Shown: one piece after another, positions 1-12,000 of the stretch
Position numbering within the stretch: the first letter of the stretch is position 1
How the letters are laid out: each line of letters begins with the position of its first letter
From: an uncultured Bacteroidales bacterium
GTDB lineage: Bacteria; Bacteroidota; Bacteroidia; Bacteroidales; UBA4417
Length of the DNA: 64,000 nucleotides
Assembly: GCA_937889945.1 (NCBI GenBank)
Contig: CALBZC010000013.1
Location: forward strand, 46,432 to 110,431
Direction: 5' to 3'
Made by a program: the position numbers and the translations under genes
Notes under the pieces: model-generated
Databases searched by the model: none
Seen by the model: only the letters and a program-made list of their open reading frames with translations
Told to the model about the DNA's origin: nothing

Positions 1-327
1 TGTTACAGCAAACGCAAAAAAAATTTGTTTCTATGTAAAATGCTGTGGATAACAAGAGTTTAGTTTGAACGAAATAAAATAAAGCATGTTCATAAAACTT
101 CTGGAATTTCTGTATTCTCTTGCCGTTTCTTATGCAATTAAATTTTAGAAATTATCACACGTTGATTATTGGTAAGGTTGTTTTTCTTTTTATGCCTAAG
201 TGTAACACATTATATAAAAAAGGAGTAGTTTTAAAAGGAACCTTTTATACAATTTCACTACAAAGCTATGTTTTTATAAAAGATGAGTCGGGCAATAATG
301 ATATTTTTAAACAACTCGGATATCCTG

Positions 328-1866
328 CTATTCGCTTCCCTTAAAAATATCCTCTTTATTTTTAGGACATTCATCGCCACGCCATAAAAAACCTTTCAGC
401 TTTCGCTGGTCGGCAGGCAAATCTTTCTCGGGATACATTTCGCCTGAAGTTTTATCCAGATACAGTATCCTGTCTATTTTATTATTTTTTACATAAATAC
501 GCATTTTGCTGCCTGCCGATTTTTTAATACCTACCAGTTTCTTGTCGTCCTCACGTGCAAAATAGATAGATTCGGCATTCCCGTTTACATCAATATAAGA
601 GAGTTTATTATCTTTAAAATAGCCAATCATCTCACGTCCTTTTATTTGATTGTAAGAATCTGTAGTATCTTGTGATACCATAAATGCATTAGACCTTATA
701 AACATCTGCTTTATGGAGCCACCGCCCGTGAGTATATTGATTGTGTCAGAAGTTAATTGGCTTTTATCTGACCATATCACAGGTTGTTTATACATATTAA
801 TGACCGAATCTTTAAAACTATAATATAAGGAATCGCTTGCCCCTTGTAAATCCTTGCGATAAAACTTTGCGTTTGTGTAAGCAAAAAGTTCTTTTCCTTT
901 ATTGGTGACAGTATCAAAAACTGCTTTCAACAATTTTGCATGTAAATATAAGGTGTCGCTTTCTTTATTGTTTTTTTCTGATAACATAGCTACTGCCCTT
1001 TTGGTAACCAATGCATACCCCTTTCCTTGCCAATATTCGGCATAGTTGCCCCTCACTTTCAAATTCTGAGCGGTATCTATCATTTCTACGTGGCTCACTG
1101 CCGTTCCCACCCGTTTATATTCATCATAATATAAGGTATCTCCCGAAAATTTACGGTTATTATCCAACAAATAAGCATTTTTGCTAAACCTCGATTTTTT
1201 GGAAATGCTGTTATACTCGCCATCTTCACAATACATATAATTTTTTTTACCCTTAATGTGTGTGGGACTTAAGAAATAGGAAATTTCGGTTTGGGTATTA
1301 TATTTTAAAGTATCGCAAGTAATTTTATAATCAGGGTTGGTGAGAATTACGTTTTCCTTGAAAAACATTGTTTTCATATCGGCATAGTAGTAACCGCGTT
1401 TGCTTTTCAGCGTATTTTCTCCGTTAACAATAGTACCCCCTGTATTGTAATATGCAATGCCTGTGTTGCGATCATAGGTGAGCACATCCGTTGTAAGCGT
1501 TGTAGATTTATCGACAAGGCGCACGTTTTTATTTACATTTGCAATGCGGGTATTGCCATCGTAGTGAATAACATCTCCATAAAGCGTTAAGGTATCGCTA
1601 AGCCGCACGGCAACATTACCAAAACAGTCCACGCTATTGGAAGCATCATTCATCCAAGCGCTGTCGCAGGTCAAAAGTGCACCGTCATGTTCAAAAACAG
1701 GACTGTTGACAGCCCTAAAAATATTTGGACCGATGGCATTGGAATGCATAAGCGTTCCCGACTTCATATTAATGTGTACCATTTTCTGCCCCTGCGCGCT
1801 TGTGCTGATAACAAACAATGCCCATACAATTATCCATCCCGTATTTTTAACTTTATAAATCCACAT
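328..1866 (-). CDS. Exported OstA/LptA-like beta-jellyroll repeat protein
   Basis: The track ORF is 328..1920. The internal ATG at 1866 gives a clean signal peptide (MWIYKVKNTGWIIVWALFVISTSAQG). The body repeats the OstA_N-like pattern (CFGNVAVRLSDTLTLYGDVIHYDGNT, TTDVLTYDRNTGIAYY, GDTLYYDEYKRVG, SDSLYYSFKDS). Family assignment is by motif only. Confidence 0.6.
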   Translation of the reverse strand: MWIYKVKNTGWIIVWALFVISTSAQGQKMVHINMKSGTLMHSNAIGPNIFRAVNSPVFEHDGALLTCDSAWMNDASNSVDCFGNVAVRLSDTLTLYGDVIHYDGNTRIANVNKNVRLVDKSTTLTTDVLTYDRNTGIAYYNTGGTIVNGENTLKSKRGYYYADMKTMFFKENVILTNPDYKITCDTLKYNTQTEISYFLSPTHIKGKKNYMYCEDGEYNSISKKSRFSKNAYLLDNNRKFSGDTLYYDEYKRVGTAVSHVEMIDTAQNLKVRGNYAEYWQGKGYALVTKRAVAMLSEKNNKESDTLYLHAKLLKAVFDTVTNKGKELFAYTNAKFYRKDLQGASDSLYYSFKDSVINMYKQPVIWSDKSQLTSDTINILTGGGSIKQMFIRSNAFMVSQDTTDSYNQIKGREMIGYFKDNKLSYIDVNGNAESIYFAREDDKKLVGIKKSAGSKMRIYVKNNKIDRILYLDKTSGEMYPEKDLPADQRKLKGFLWRGDECPKNKEDIFKGSE

Positions 1867-2049
1867 ATTAAAACATAATGATATTATTATATTATCGTTT
1901 TTTGGGGAACAAATATACACAATAGTATGGCAACCATGCTAAAATTATATTGTCTTGCACGTGTTAAATAAATATAAGCACTGAAGGATGATTACATTAA
2001 TGTTATTTTTGAAACTACATGGAAATAGAGGTAGAAGGGAAAATAATAA

Positions 2050-2095
2050 GTGATAAGTGATACGTGATAAGTGATAAGTGATAAGTGATAAGTGA
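2050..2095. repeat. Tandem heptamer repeat (GTGATAA)n, about 6.5 units with one variant unit
   Basis: Read directly: gtgataagtgatacgtgataagtgataagtgataagtgataagtgac. Confidence 0.9.
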
Positions 2096-2111
2096 CGAAT
2101 CACATTGTAAT

Positions 2112-2160
2112 ATGCCCCATGCTCCATGCTCCATGCCCCATGCCCCATGCCCCATGCTCA
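2112..2160. repeat. Tandem heptamer repeat (ATGCCCC/ATGCTCC), 7 units
   Basis: Read directly: atgcccc atgctcc atgctcc atgcccc atgcccc atgcccc atgctca. The complement carries GGGG runs. Confidence 0.9.
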
Positions 2161-2187
2161 CACATCACCCTTCCACTATTCAATCGT

Positions 2188-2250
2188 CCAACCATCCCAC
2201 CTTCCAACCATTCAACCTTCCAACCACTCAACCATCCCACCATCCAACCC
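2188..2250. repeat. Degenerate 7-9 nt repeat (CCAACCAT-like), about 8 units, G-free on the + strand
   Basis: Read directly: ccaaccat cccacctt ccaaccatt caacctt ccaaccact caaccat cccaccat ccaaccc. There is no G across the block. Confidence 0.85.
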
Positions 2251-2423
2251 AAGCTGTTTTTTGCCTACTGTTGATCTAGAAAAACAGGTATAAATTTATT
2301 TACCATTACTTTTTTTATCCGATGGGTGTTATAAAATCTTTTATTTTTTACATTTTCTAATTTAGAATGATTAAAAATTATAAAAAAGTGTTAAATTTTA
2401 AGTTTTTTTTGGTTAAAAATTAT

Positions 2424-2431
2424 TAAATTTG
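2424..2431 (+). promoter_or_regulatory. Candidate Bacteroidota -7 promoter box TAAATTTG (TAnnTTTG)
   Basis: Exact match to the TAnnTTTG consensus, about 120 nt upstream of the 2555 ATG. It is the only exact match in the 2281..2554 AT-rich spacer. No well-spaced -33 TTTG. Confidence 0.35.
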
Positions 2432-2554
2432 TGAAACAGCAAAGTGTGTTTAGATTGAATTATTATAAATAAATAAATAAATATCATAACACTTGATACC
2501 CTTTGGCTGTCCTAAACGCTCAAACAAGTAACTAAATACTAAAAAATAAAACGT

Positions 2555-3070
2555 ATGAAATCCTTTTTCTCACAATCTCACACTTTTTTTAGAAAAGGAG
2601 CTATTCTTTTTTTAATTATTGCTTTATTTTCTGTTTCCAATAGGGTTTTTTCTCAAGCTATGACTGTCAAACCTTGGGATAAGGTTATTTTGGATTTAAA
2701 TGATGCAGATAAAAAAGAGCTTATGAAATATGCAAGTGAAATTTTTCCTTCAGCATATATTAATGAAAGCAATAAAGTAAATATTTATACTGAAGAAAAT
2801 GAAGATGTGGTAACCGTATTTTGCAATATAAACCACATTTCTACACTACTTTCAAATAAGACTAAGTATAGTAAAGCAAAATTTTTAATGCTGAAAATAG
2901 AAAATGACAGTTATAAAAATATAAAAAACTTGGATGCTGCACTATTCAGAGATTTTAGCGAGCTAAAATATATTATTTATCAATTTTCTTTTAATCCTAA
3001 AGACTTGCCTACGGTTATGAATGCCGACAAAAAAATGGTTTTCGCCTATTTAATTTCTATTCCTCTCTAA
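2555..3070 (+). CDS. Small secreted hypothetical protein (171 aa) immediately upstream of the giant surface-protein gene
   Basis: N-terminal signal-like segment (GAILFLIIALFSVSNRVFSQA). Same strand as the giant gene, whose start lies 25 nt after its stop. I recognise no family. Confidence 0.55.
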   Translation: MKSFFSQSHTFFRKGAILFLIIALFSVSNRVFSQAMTVKPWDKVILDLNDADKKELMKYASEIFPSAYINESNKVNIYTEENEDVVTVFCNINHISTLLSNKTKYSKAKFLMLKIENDSYKNIKNLDAALFRDFSELKYIIYQFSFNPKDLPTVMNADKKMVFAYLISIPL

Positions 3071-3095
3071 CCTTAACTCTCAAAAGCCTTTGATT

Positions 3096-6000
3096 ATGAA
3101 AAATATATACTTGGTAAAGAAATTTACTTTATGTTTTTGTTTCAGTTTTTTGTTTATTTCCCTTTCTCCATTTGCATATGCGCAGAAAGAATTTACAAAA
3201 CGTATTAATAACCTGCATATAAAAGGAGATTATATCTTATTTGGTAATACCAATATGACACTACTAAATTATGCAACATCTACAAATAATTCACTAAATC
3301 AGATGATTTACGTGGATATAGACAACGATGCATCAACGCTAAATTCTTCTAAATCGAAAGCATATTTCTCAACAGAAAATGGCGCTATACCAAGTTGTTC
3401 TAAAATTAAATTTGCAGGACTTTATTGGATCGGAAGAGCGCATGATTATGCAAATCCGTCACAGAGTCCTAATACGTTTACTGTTACAAAAAATGGCACT
3501 ACTTATAATTTAAACAAAAGAAAAGTACTATTAAAAGGACCTCGCGCTTCCACTTATACTGAGTTTACTGCCAATGCCGAAGATATTTTATATCCTTCAT
3601 ATGAGAACGATAACTTATATACAGGTTTTGTGGATATAACAAATTATGTAATAGCACAAACACAGGATAAAATTACTTCCGATGGTGATTATTATACAGT
3701 AGCAAATATTGCACTGAGGGAGGGAAATGGCGGTAGTGTTGGATATTGTGGAGCTTGGGCTATTATTATAGTTTACGAGAATTCTAAAATGAACTGGAGA
3801 GATATTGCAGTTTTCGACGGATATAAATATATGAATGCTGAGAATAGCCCCAAAGATTTAGAAATAGATGGCTTTAAAACTTCTTCTAAAGGCAATGTAA
3901 ATATGAAAATGGGACTATTAGCATGCGAAGGTGATGTTGGTATTACTGGAGATTATTTTTATCTATTGTATAACGGAAATAATACATACCCTTTAAAGCA
4001 CAGTTTAAATTCCACCAATAACTTTTTTAACAGTTCTATATATACAGGAAAACCCTTTAGTGTTAATGATACGGATAGAGACCCTAACTTAAAAAACAAT
4101 ACTGGTATTGATATTTGTATGTTTAATATTTACAATCCCGGTAATACATACATTAAAAACAATCAAACAAGCGCAACTTTCAGATATGGATCATCGCAAG
4201 ATGTTTATTCGATATCTCTTATAGCCATGAGCGTGGATGCTTATGTGCCGGAAATAGACGGAAGTAATTTGGTTACACAACTTAACGGAGTAAATGTAAC
4301 CAACACCAGCCCGCTGACTATTGAACCCGGACAACCCATTGGATATACCCTGGATTTACAAAATAGCGGAACGGAAAATATCCTTGACTCTAAAATATAC
4401 ATACCACTATCCTCGGTTACACAAAATATAAAAATTTTAAAATATGAGGACGGCTATCCGGAGCCTATAATTATACCCGGCGGGGCAAATGTTTCAATTC
4501 CCGGCGACCCAACAGCCGGATATGCAAAAATACCTGCGCCCTATGGATATATAGAATGGAATATTGGTGAATTCAAAGTCGGAAGCCATGCCCAACTTAA
4601 ATATTCAGTAGAGTCCACGACCAACTGTTTTAGCTTACGCAATCCCGGTTGCAATCCCGACGGATTGAACATAACAACACAAGCTATTATCAGGGGAAAA
4701 GGTAAAACATCCGAAACATACATAACAGACGGGATATCTAATTTTGGCTATACACAAGGAATTTGTAAAGACCCTATATGGGAAAAACAAAAGGTAAACA
4801 TTACAAATGTAGATGCATTCGTTGCTGCCCATTGTGGATTACCCGAAAACAAAAACCTTTGTCCGGGGGTACCTGAAGCAAAAACAGAATTTAAATTTGC
4901 GGGAAGACCTACTGACTCTCCTATAGGAACTACCTACTCGTGGAAAAACGACAACACTGCTATAGGTTTAGCGGCAAGCGGAAATGGAGATTTACCGGCA
5001 TTTACCCCTATTAACAACGGCACTACGGTGCTTACAGCAAATATTACCGTTTATCCAACCAAAAATGGATGCACTGGTAATAGCATAACCTTTAAAATTT
5101 ATGTTAATCCTGCACCTAAACCCACTGCTCCGGATATAACTTCTTGTCCTCATAGAGGAGTAATTACGTTTGCAGCAATAGCTACACCCGGCTATGAGCT
5201 ACAATGGTATGATGCAGCTTCAGGAGGAAGTCCTTTGTCTAATGCACCTACAGCCAACACGGAAGTTCTAACACCTACCACGTACACAAAATACGTGAGC
5301 CTAAAAATGACCACTCCCCCCTACTGTGAGGGTCCCCGCGTTGCAGTAAGAGTTATTGTTCAGGATACGGAAAAACCTGTTATTACAAAATGTCCTCCTG
5401 CATATTCTGCAGTAGGATGTAATGAAAATGATATAAGCACTAATTTACCTTATAGCCCAAGCCCAAAGTCAGTTTCAAAAACAGATTTTGAAAATGTAGC
5501 AGGAGGAGGAGCAACAGACAATTGTGATATCATTGACTGGTCATACCAAGATACCAAACAAGTTAATACTACCAATATAATTATAAGCAGAACATGGACA
5601 ATTAAAGACTGGATTGGAAATAGTGCATCATGCGTTCAAAGAATTACCATTACAAATGCCACCCCGCCTACTATAACATGCCCTGCTGATATTACCCAAA
5701 CTATTACAGATGCTAATGCTAATTGTACAAAATCTATATTAACCCCAAAACCAGTCATACAGCAAGATTACAAATGCGACTGGACAATAAGCTGGGTAAT
5801 GACAGGAGCCACCACCAGTTCTTCTGTTATAACCGGACAAAATTATGTAGATGAACATATATTTAATATTGGCGTAACTACAATTACCTATACAGTTACC
5901 AACTCTTTTGGAGCAAGCTCAAGTTGTACTTTTAAAGTAACGGTTTTGGACGGTACTAATTTAAACATTACCAAATGTCCGCCTGCCATCACAAAATCAG

Positions 6001-9000
6001 GTTGCGCTGTAAACGATTTATCGAAATCCGGCATTCCTGCATACAAAACCACAGAAACAGAAGTTACGCAATCTATTTTTGAAGGACAGTTAGGCACTAC
6101 TTCTAAAATATGCGGCACCGTTTATTATTATTACCAAGATGTTTTAGTTAATTCTTCGTGTCCTGTTACTATTAACCGCACTTGGAAAGTTACAGATAAG
6201 GGAACACGAACAGCAACATGTGTTCAGGTTATAAATCTTAACGACGGAATAAATCCGTATTTTAAAACCTGTCCTCCTTCTGTTACAAAAGATTTAACAG
6301 GAGCAGCTTCTACTATTGCTATCACTATTGCTGATCCTGGTGCTACAGATGATGGGTGCGGCATAAAATCACTTTCATGGAAAATTGTGTACCCTACAGG
6401 ATATGTACCAACTAATGCTTCTGGAACAGGTGTAATTGGAACCCATAATTTCCCTTCAGGAATAAGCACGGTTACATATACAACTTTAGACCAATGCAAT
6501 AATGCTGCAACTTGCACTTTCACAGTTACAGTTTCGGACATAACGCCACCAAATATACCTACATGCCCTCCTGATAAAACATTGGAAGGTTGCTCCACAG
6601 CTGATTTGTTAACTTCTACCGTGGTAAACCCGGCTCCTGCTCCTGCAACGCATTTAGGCTATTCAGAAACTACGGTTATTGTAACTAAAGCCCAATTTGA
6701 AGCTGAAGGAGGAACAGCTACAGATAATGTAGGAGTGGTAGAATATGCCTACTCCGATAAAAAAGAAGCTACAATTTGTCCTATAACTGTAACCCGCACT
6801 TGGACAGTAAAAGATGCTTCCGGTAAAACTGCAACGTGTAAACAAGTATTTACTATTGAAGATAAAACACCACCCACCCTCAATTGGTCTCAGACAAATG
6901 TTACAGCAGACGCCGCTAGTAATTGCGCAAAAAAAGTGAGTATCGCACTCCCAACCTATAGTGATAATTGCACCTCTAACCCCTTAACATTAATTTGGGA
7001 AATTAAGGATAATAAAAATGTCACTATTGACAAATCACCAACCACAGGAATAAACACAATTAATGAATATGAATTCCCTATCGGCATATTGACTTTTACT
7101 TACACATTGACTGATGCATGCAACAACTCTATTACAAAAAGCTTTACTGTGAACATACAAGACCATACGGCTCCTGTTATTACAACATGCCCTGAAGATA
7201 GAGATATAACCGGATGCAATACAGACGCCTTATTAGCCAAATTGTCACTTGCTTATAACGAAACAGGCACAACGGTAACTTCAACACAGTTCTCTAATGC
7301 CGGCGGAGTTGCCAGCGATAATTGCGCCATAAAAACATATGCATACAAAGATTCAAAAACAGGTGTTTGCCCTATTATTGTTAAACGTACATGGACAGTA
7401 GAAGATAAATATGGAAATAAAAACGCCATCGCATGTGTGCAAACTATTACCATTAAAGATAATACGGCACCTGTTTTATCATGCCCCCCAGCTCCTGCTC
7501 CTATATCAATTACAGACAACTCGAATAGTATAATTGTAAATACGCCTAATCCTACTGTAATTGAAGATTGCACAGAGAATCCGGTTACTTTAACTTGGGA
7601 AATTAAATTTCCAACAGGCCATGTTCCCCCTACAGAAACTGGAACAGGAAATATTGGCAACCATCAATTCCCTATTGGCACAAGCACTATAACATATACC
7701 GCTAAAAATGTGTGCAACTTATCTTCAACTCCTTGCAGTTTTGAGATAAAAGTAATAGACAACTCCAATCCTACTATCACCAAATGTCCTCCCGCCCAAT
7801 CTATAGAAGGGTGTGACGAAAATGCAATTGGAGCTAAATGGCCCACCTTACCGTTTAGCCTAGTAAAGAAAACCGTAACGGAAAATGATTTTACTACTAT
7901 AGCAGGCGGAAGCGCGAGCGACAATAATGGAATTACCGAATATATATATCAAGATGTTATTACCTCCGCTGCCAATGAATGCCCCATGAAAGTAACCCGC
8001 ACATGGACGGTAAAAGACGCACAAGGAAATGCAACCACTTGCGAACAAGAAATAGAAATAAAAGATTCAACCAACCCTACCATTGCTCAGTTAGCCAATA
8101 TAACACAAAATCTGTTAGCTGATTGTAAAGCAACTATAATTACTACAAATCCAACATATAATGATAATTGTAAGGTAGCGTCTTTATCTTATATCATAAC
8201 CGGAGCATTAACCGACCAATCTGCTACCACAGGCATTCATTTTGTAGGAAAGAAAGATTTTCCGGTAGGTACAAGTACTATTACTTATACTGTAACAGAT
8301 GTTTGTGGTAATACTGCAAGCATGCATTTTGATGTTACCGTAATAGATAATATTCCTCCTAAAGTTTCATGCCCCATAAACAAAACAATAGAGGGGTGTG
8401 ATGAAAAAGCGATAGTTCCTGCATATAAAACAACAGAAACTACCATAACAACAACCGAATTTACTAATTTAGGAGGGACAGCTGACGATAATTGCGGAAT
8501 AAAATCTATCACATATAAAGATGCAATTACGCAGGCTTCGTGCCCAACTAAGGTAGAAAGAACTTGGACTGTAACGGATAATAACAATCAAAGGGTTTCA
8601 TGTGTCCAAACTATAACAATAGAAGACCAAAAAGCACCTGAATTTACTACATTCCCCGCAAATATTACTCAAAATATTGACGGAACTACTTGTTCGGCAT
8701 CAGTTATTAATAATAATCCCGGAGAAAAAGATAATTGTGGTGTAAAAACATTAACTTATATTATACGTGGAGCTACAACAAAGGATTCTCCTCTTATAGG
8801 GATAAACTATGTAGGAACTCAAAACTTTAATGCGGGAGTAAGCACGGTTACATACACAGCTACTGACGTATGTGGGAAATCAACCACACAGTCCTATACT
8901 GTAACAGTAGTAGATAACTTGCCTCCTACCATAACCACTTGTCCTCCTACACAAAATCTTTCCGGATGCTCTACCAGTGCAATTGTATCTCCATTGCCAG

Positions 9001-12000
9001 TATATAGCGAAATCGAAACCAACGCCACGGCTGCCGAATTCGGAACTGGGGCTTCTGATAATTGTGGAGCACTCACATACAGCTATAAAGATTCTCAAAA
9101 AATAGTAGGCTGTGTTATCGAAGTAAGCCGTGTATGGACAGTAAAGGACCGTTTCAACAACACATCTACCTGCACGCAAATTATTAACATTAAAGATAAC
9201 GACCCTCCTACAATTACACCTCCTGCAAAAGTTACCCAAGCTGCAGGCGCTAATTGCAAAGCTACCGTAACATTACAAAAGCCTTCATATGGCGATAACT
9301 GCAAAGTAGAATCCCTTACATGGGAAATAACGGGAGCTACTACGGGAGTATCTCCAACCACAGGAATAAATGAATTGACGTCATACGAATTTAATGTAGG
9401 TATTAGCACAGTTACATATACCGTAAAAGATGCTTGTGGTGCTGCCAACACAGCTTCATTTATTGTAGAAGTAAAGGATCAGAGTGCACCTACCATTACT
9501 AAATGTCCAACCGACAGAAATATTTCGGGATGCTCTGAAAATGATTTAACAGGTCCTGTATTTAGTAGTACCCAAAGAGCATCCACCAAAGAGGAATTTG
9601 AAAATACAAACTTAGGTGGGGCATCAGACAATTGTGGCATTACACAGTATTTATATCAAGATACTAAAATAGATGGTTGTCCCATAACCATACTTAGAAA
9701 ATGGACGGTTGTGGATGCTGCAAACTTAAGCGCAACATGCACACAAACCATTAAAATTGAAGATACTGAAGCGCCTATATTCAAAACATGTCCGTCAAAC
9801 ATAACGGCCAATGTAACTTCTGAATGTTTGGCAAATGTAACAACCCCGGATCCTGGAGTGGATGATAAATGCGGTTTAAAATCTTTAACCTATAAAATTG
9901 AATATGGAACAGATCCTCCTATCAACTCATCCACAACGGGCATTAATCTTATTGGGTCAAGAGATTTTAAAGTTGGCGTAAGCACTGTTACCTATACTGC
10001 CACAGATCATTGCAACAAAACAGCAACCTGTAGCTATACAGTAACAGTTGTAGATAATGTACCTCCAACTGTTATTTGCCCGTCTGATGTAAATGTAAAT
10101 ACAGATTTAGGAACATGCGAAGCAACAGTGGTTCTTACAACGCCATTTACAGATGATAATTGCGGAGTGGCAAGCGTTACAAACAATGCTCCTCCTACAT
10201 ACCCTAAAGGAACTACTACAGTTATATGGACTGTAATAGATATACATGGAAATACCACTACATGTTCACAAAAAGTTACTGTTACTGATAATGAAAACCC
10301 TATTATTAAAACATGTCCATCAGAAAAAACCTTAAATGGGTGTGATGAGGCTGCATTATCATCAACAGGGCTACCGTTTAGTTTAAACACATTACATACG
10401 GCTACAAAGATTCAATTTGAAGGAGAAGGCGGTGTAGCTTCTGACAACTGTAATGTCACAGAATATAACTATTTAGATGTTAAGAGAGGCTCATGTCCTG
10501 TAATAGTAACTCGTACTTGGATAGTAAAAGATGAAAATGGAAACACTTCACTTCCTTGTACACAAACCATAACAATTAAACATAATAATAAACCCGTAAT
10601 AGGGACTCCAAACGGATCCAAAATAGTTAATTGTATTTCAGAGCTTGTAAAACCTACTTTGCCTGTTGTCAATGATTATTGTGGCAATTCCATTAATCCT
10701 ACTCTTTATAGCACCACAGATAGCCCTAATCCTTTAACATGCCAAGGAACAAGAGAGTATGTTTACAGATACCAAGATTGCTACGGAAATTTTGCTGATT
10801 GGAAATTCGTATACTCTTTACAAGCAAAAGACTTTACATTGCCTCCAAATGGTAGTAGTAAAATAAATTGTATATCGGAAGATGTACAACCCACTCCTCC
10901 CACAGTTAAAGATGCATGCGGTACACACAACCTAACTTCTATATTTAAGACACGCGTAGTGAATCCGAACATATGTGACAGCAAAGCTACAATTACCTAC
11001 ACTTATACTTACACGGATTGTTCAGGCAACTTTAGCCATGATTGGAAGCATGTAGTTACTGTTTTAAATGATATACCCCCAACAGCCACCCAACCTTTAG
11101 ATATAACTGTAGAATGTGTTGGTGATGTGCCTGGTCCTAATGAAAAGAGTATCCAAAATGTAAAATCGCATTGCGGAAGTCCCGTAAACGTAACTGTTAC
11201 TGATGACATAAGGGGAAATACTTGTTCTAAGACGCTGCCATATATTATACGGACATATACTTTAGAAGATTGCAGTGGCAAAAAAAATACCTATACACAA
11301 AATATTTTTGTAAATGATATTACGCCTCCTGTAATGAGTAAGTGTCCGGATATGATAAAAACTACAACTGCAGGGGGAACGGCATCTATTATTATTCCTA
11401 CTCCAACAGTTACAGATAACTGCGGATCCGTTACAATTACACACAATAGTGCATATGGCACAAGTTCTACCAATGCAAGTGGAAATTATCCTATTGGATC
11501 TCACTTGGTAACTTTTACTGCTACAGATGCTTGTGGAAATGAAAGTACATGTACAGTACCCGTTATAGTAGATGACGACAACGCACCACATATGACATGT
11601 CCTCCGATAAGTTCTATTATATGTGAACGAGAACTTCCTACTATTCCTATTTATACTACGTTAGATGAGTATGAGGCTGCAGCCGGAGCCACGGTAACAG
11701 ACGCAGGAACAGGCGTAGACAGGGCATCCTTTAAATTTGACGGTGCAACAAAATCCGGGACTTGCCCCACTTATATATATCGCTGGTATTCAGTAAGTGA
11801 CAATGCCAATCCTAAAAACTGGGCAAAATGTGTTCATACAATAACCGTCGATGATAGGCAAGCTCCGGTTATCACAGGTACATTACCAACATTAAGTGTA
11901 GAAGGTTGCAAGCCTGCTGATGCGCCTGCAGCCAAAACAAACGGAACGGATTTAGCCGCACTACTTACAGGAGCAGGTGCAGGAATTACAGATAATTGCC

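Noticed and set aside
120-344. 74-codon + strand ORF at the left edge.
   Set aside because: It lies in the AT-rich region downstream of the OstA-like gene and overlaps its 3' end. The composition is not protein-like, and I see no motif or plausible start context.
2041-2252. Possible CRISPR array, because of the short direct repeats.
   Set aside because: The units are 7-9 nt and directly abutting, with no unique spacers. No cas genes are present. This is microsatellite-like DNA, not CRISPR.
1945-2279. Track ORFs 1945..2148(-), 2085..2279(+) and 2092..2274(+), with translations such as MPHAPCSMPHAPCPM and HPTFQPFNLPTTQPSHHPT.
   Set aside because: They are simply translations of the three heptamer/octamer tandem-repeat blocks. 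All three frames give repetitive peptides, there is no start context, and a 7-nt unit cannot maintain a frame if the repeat number changes.
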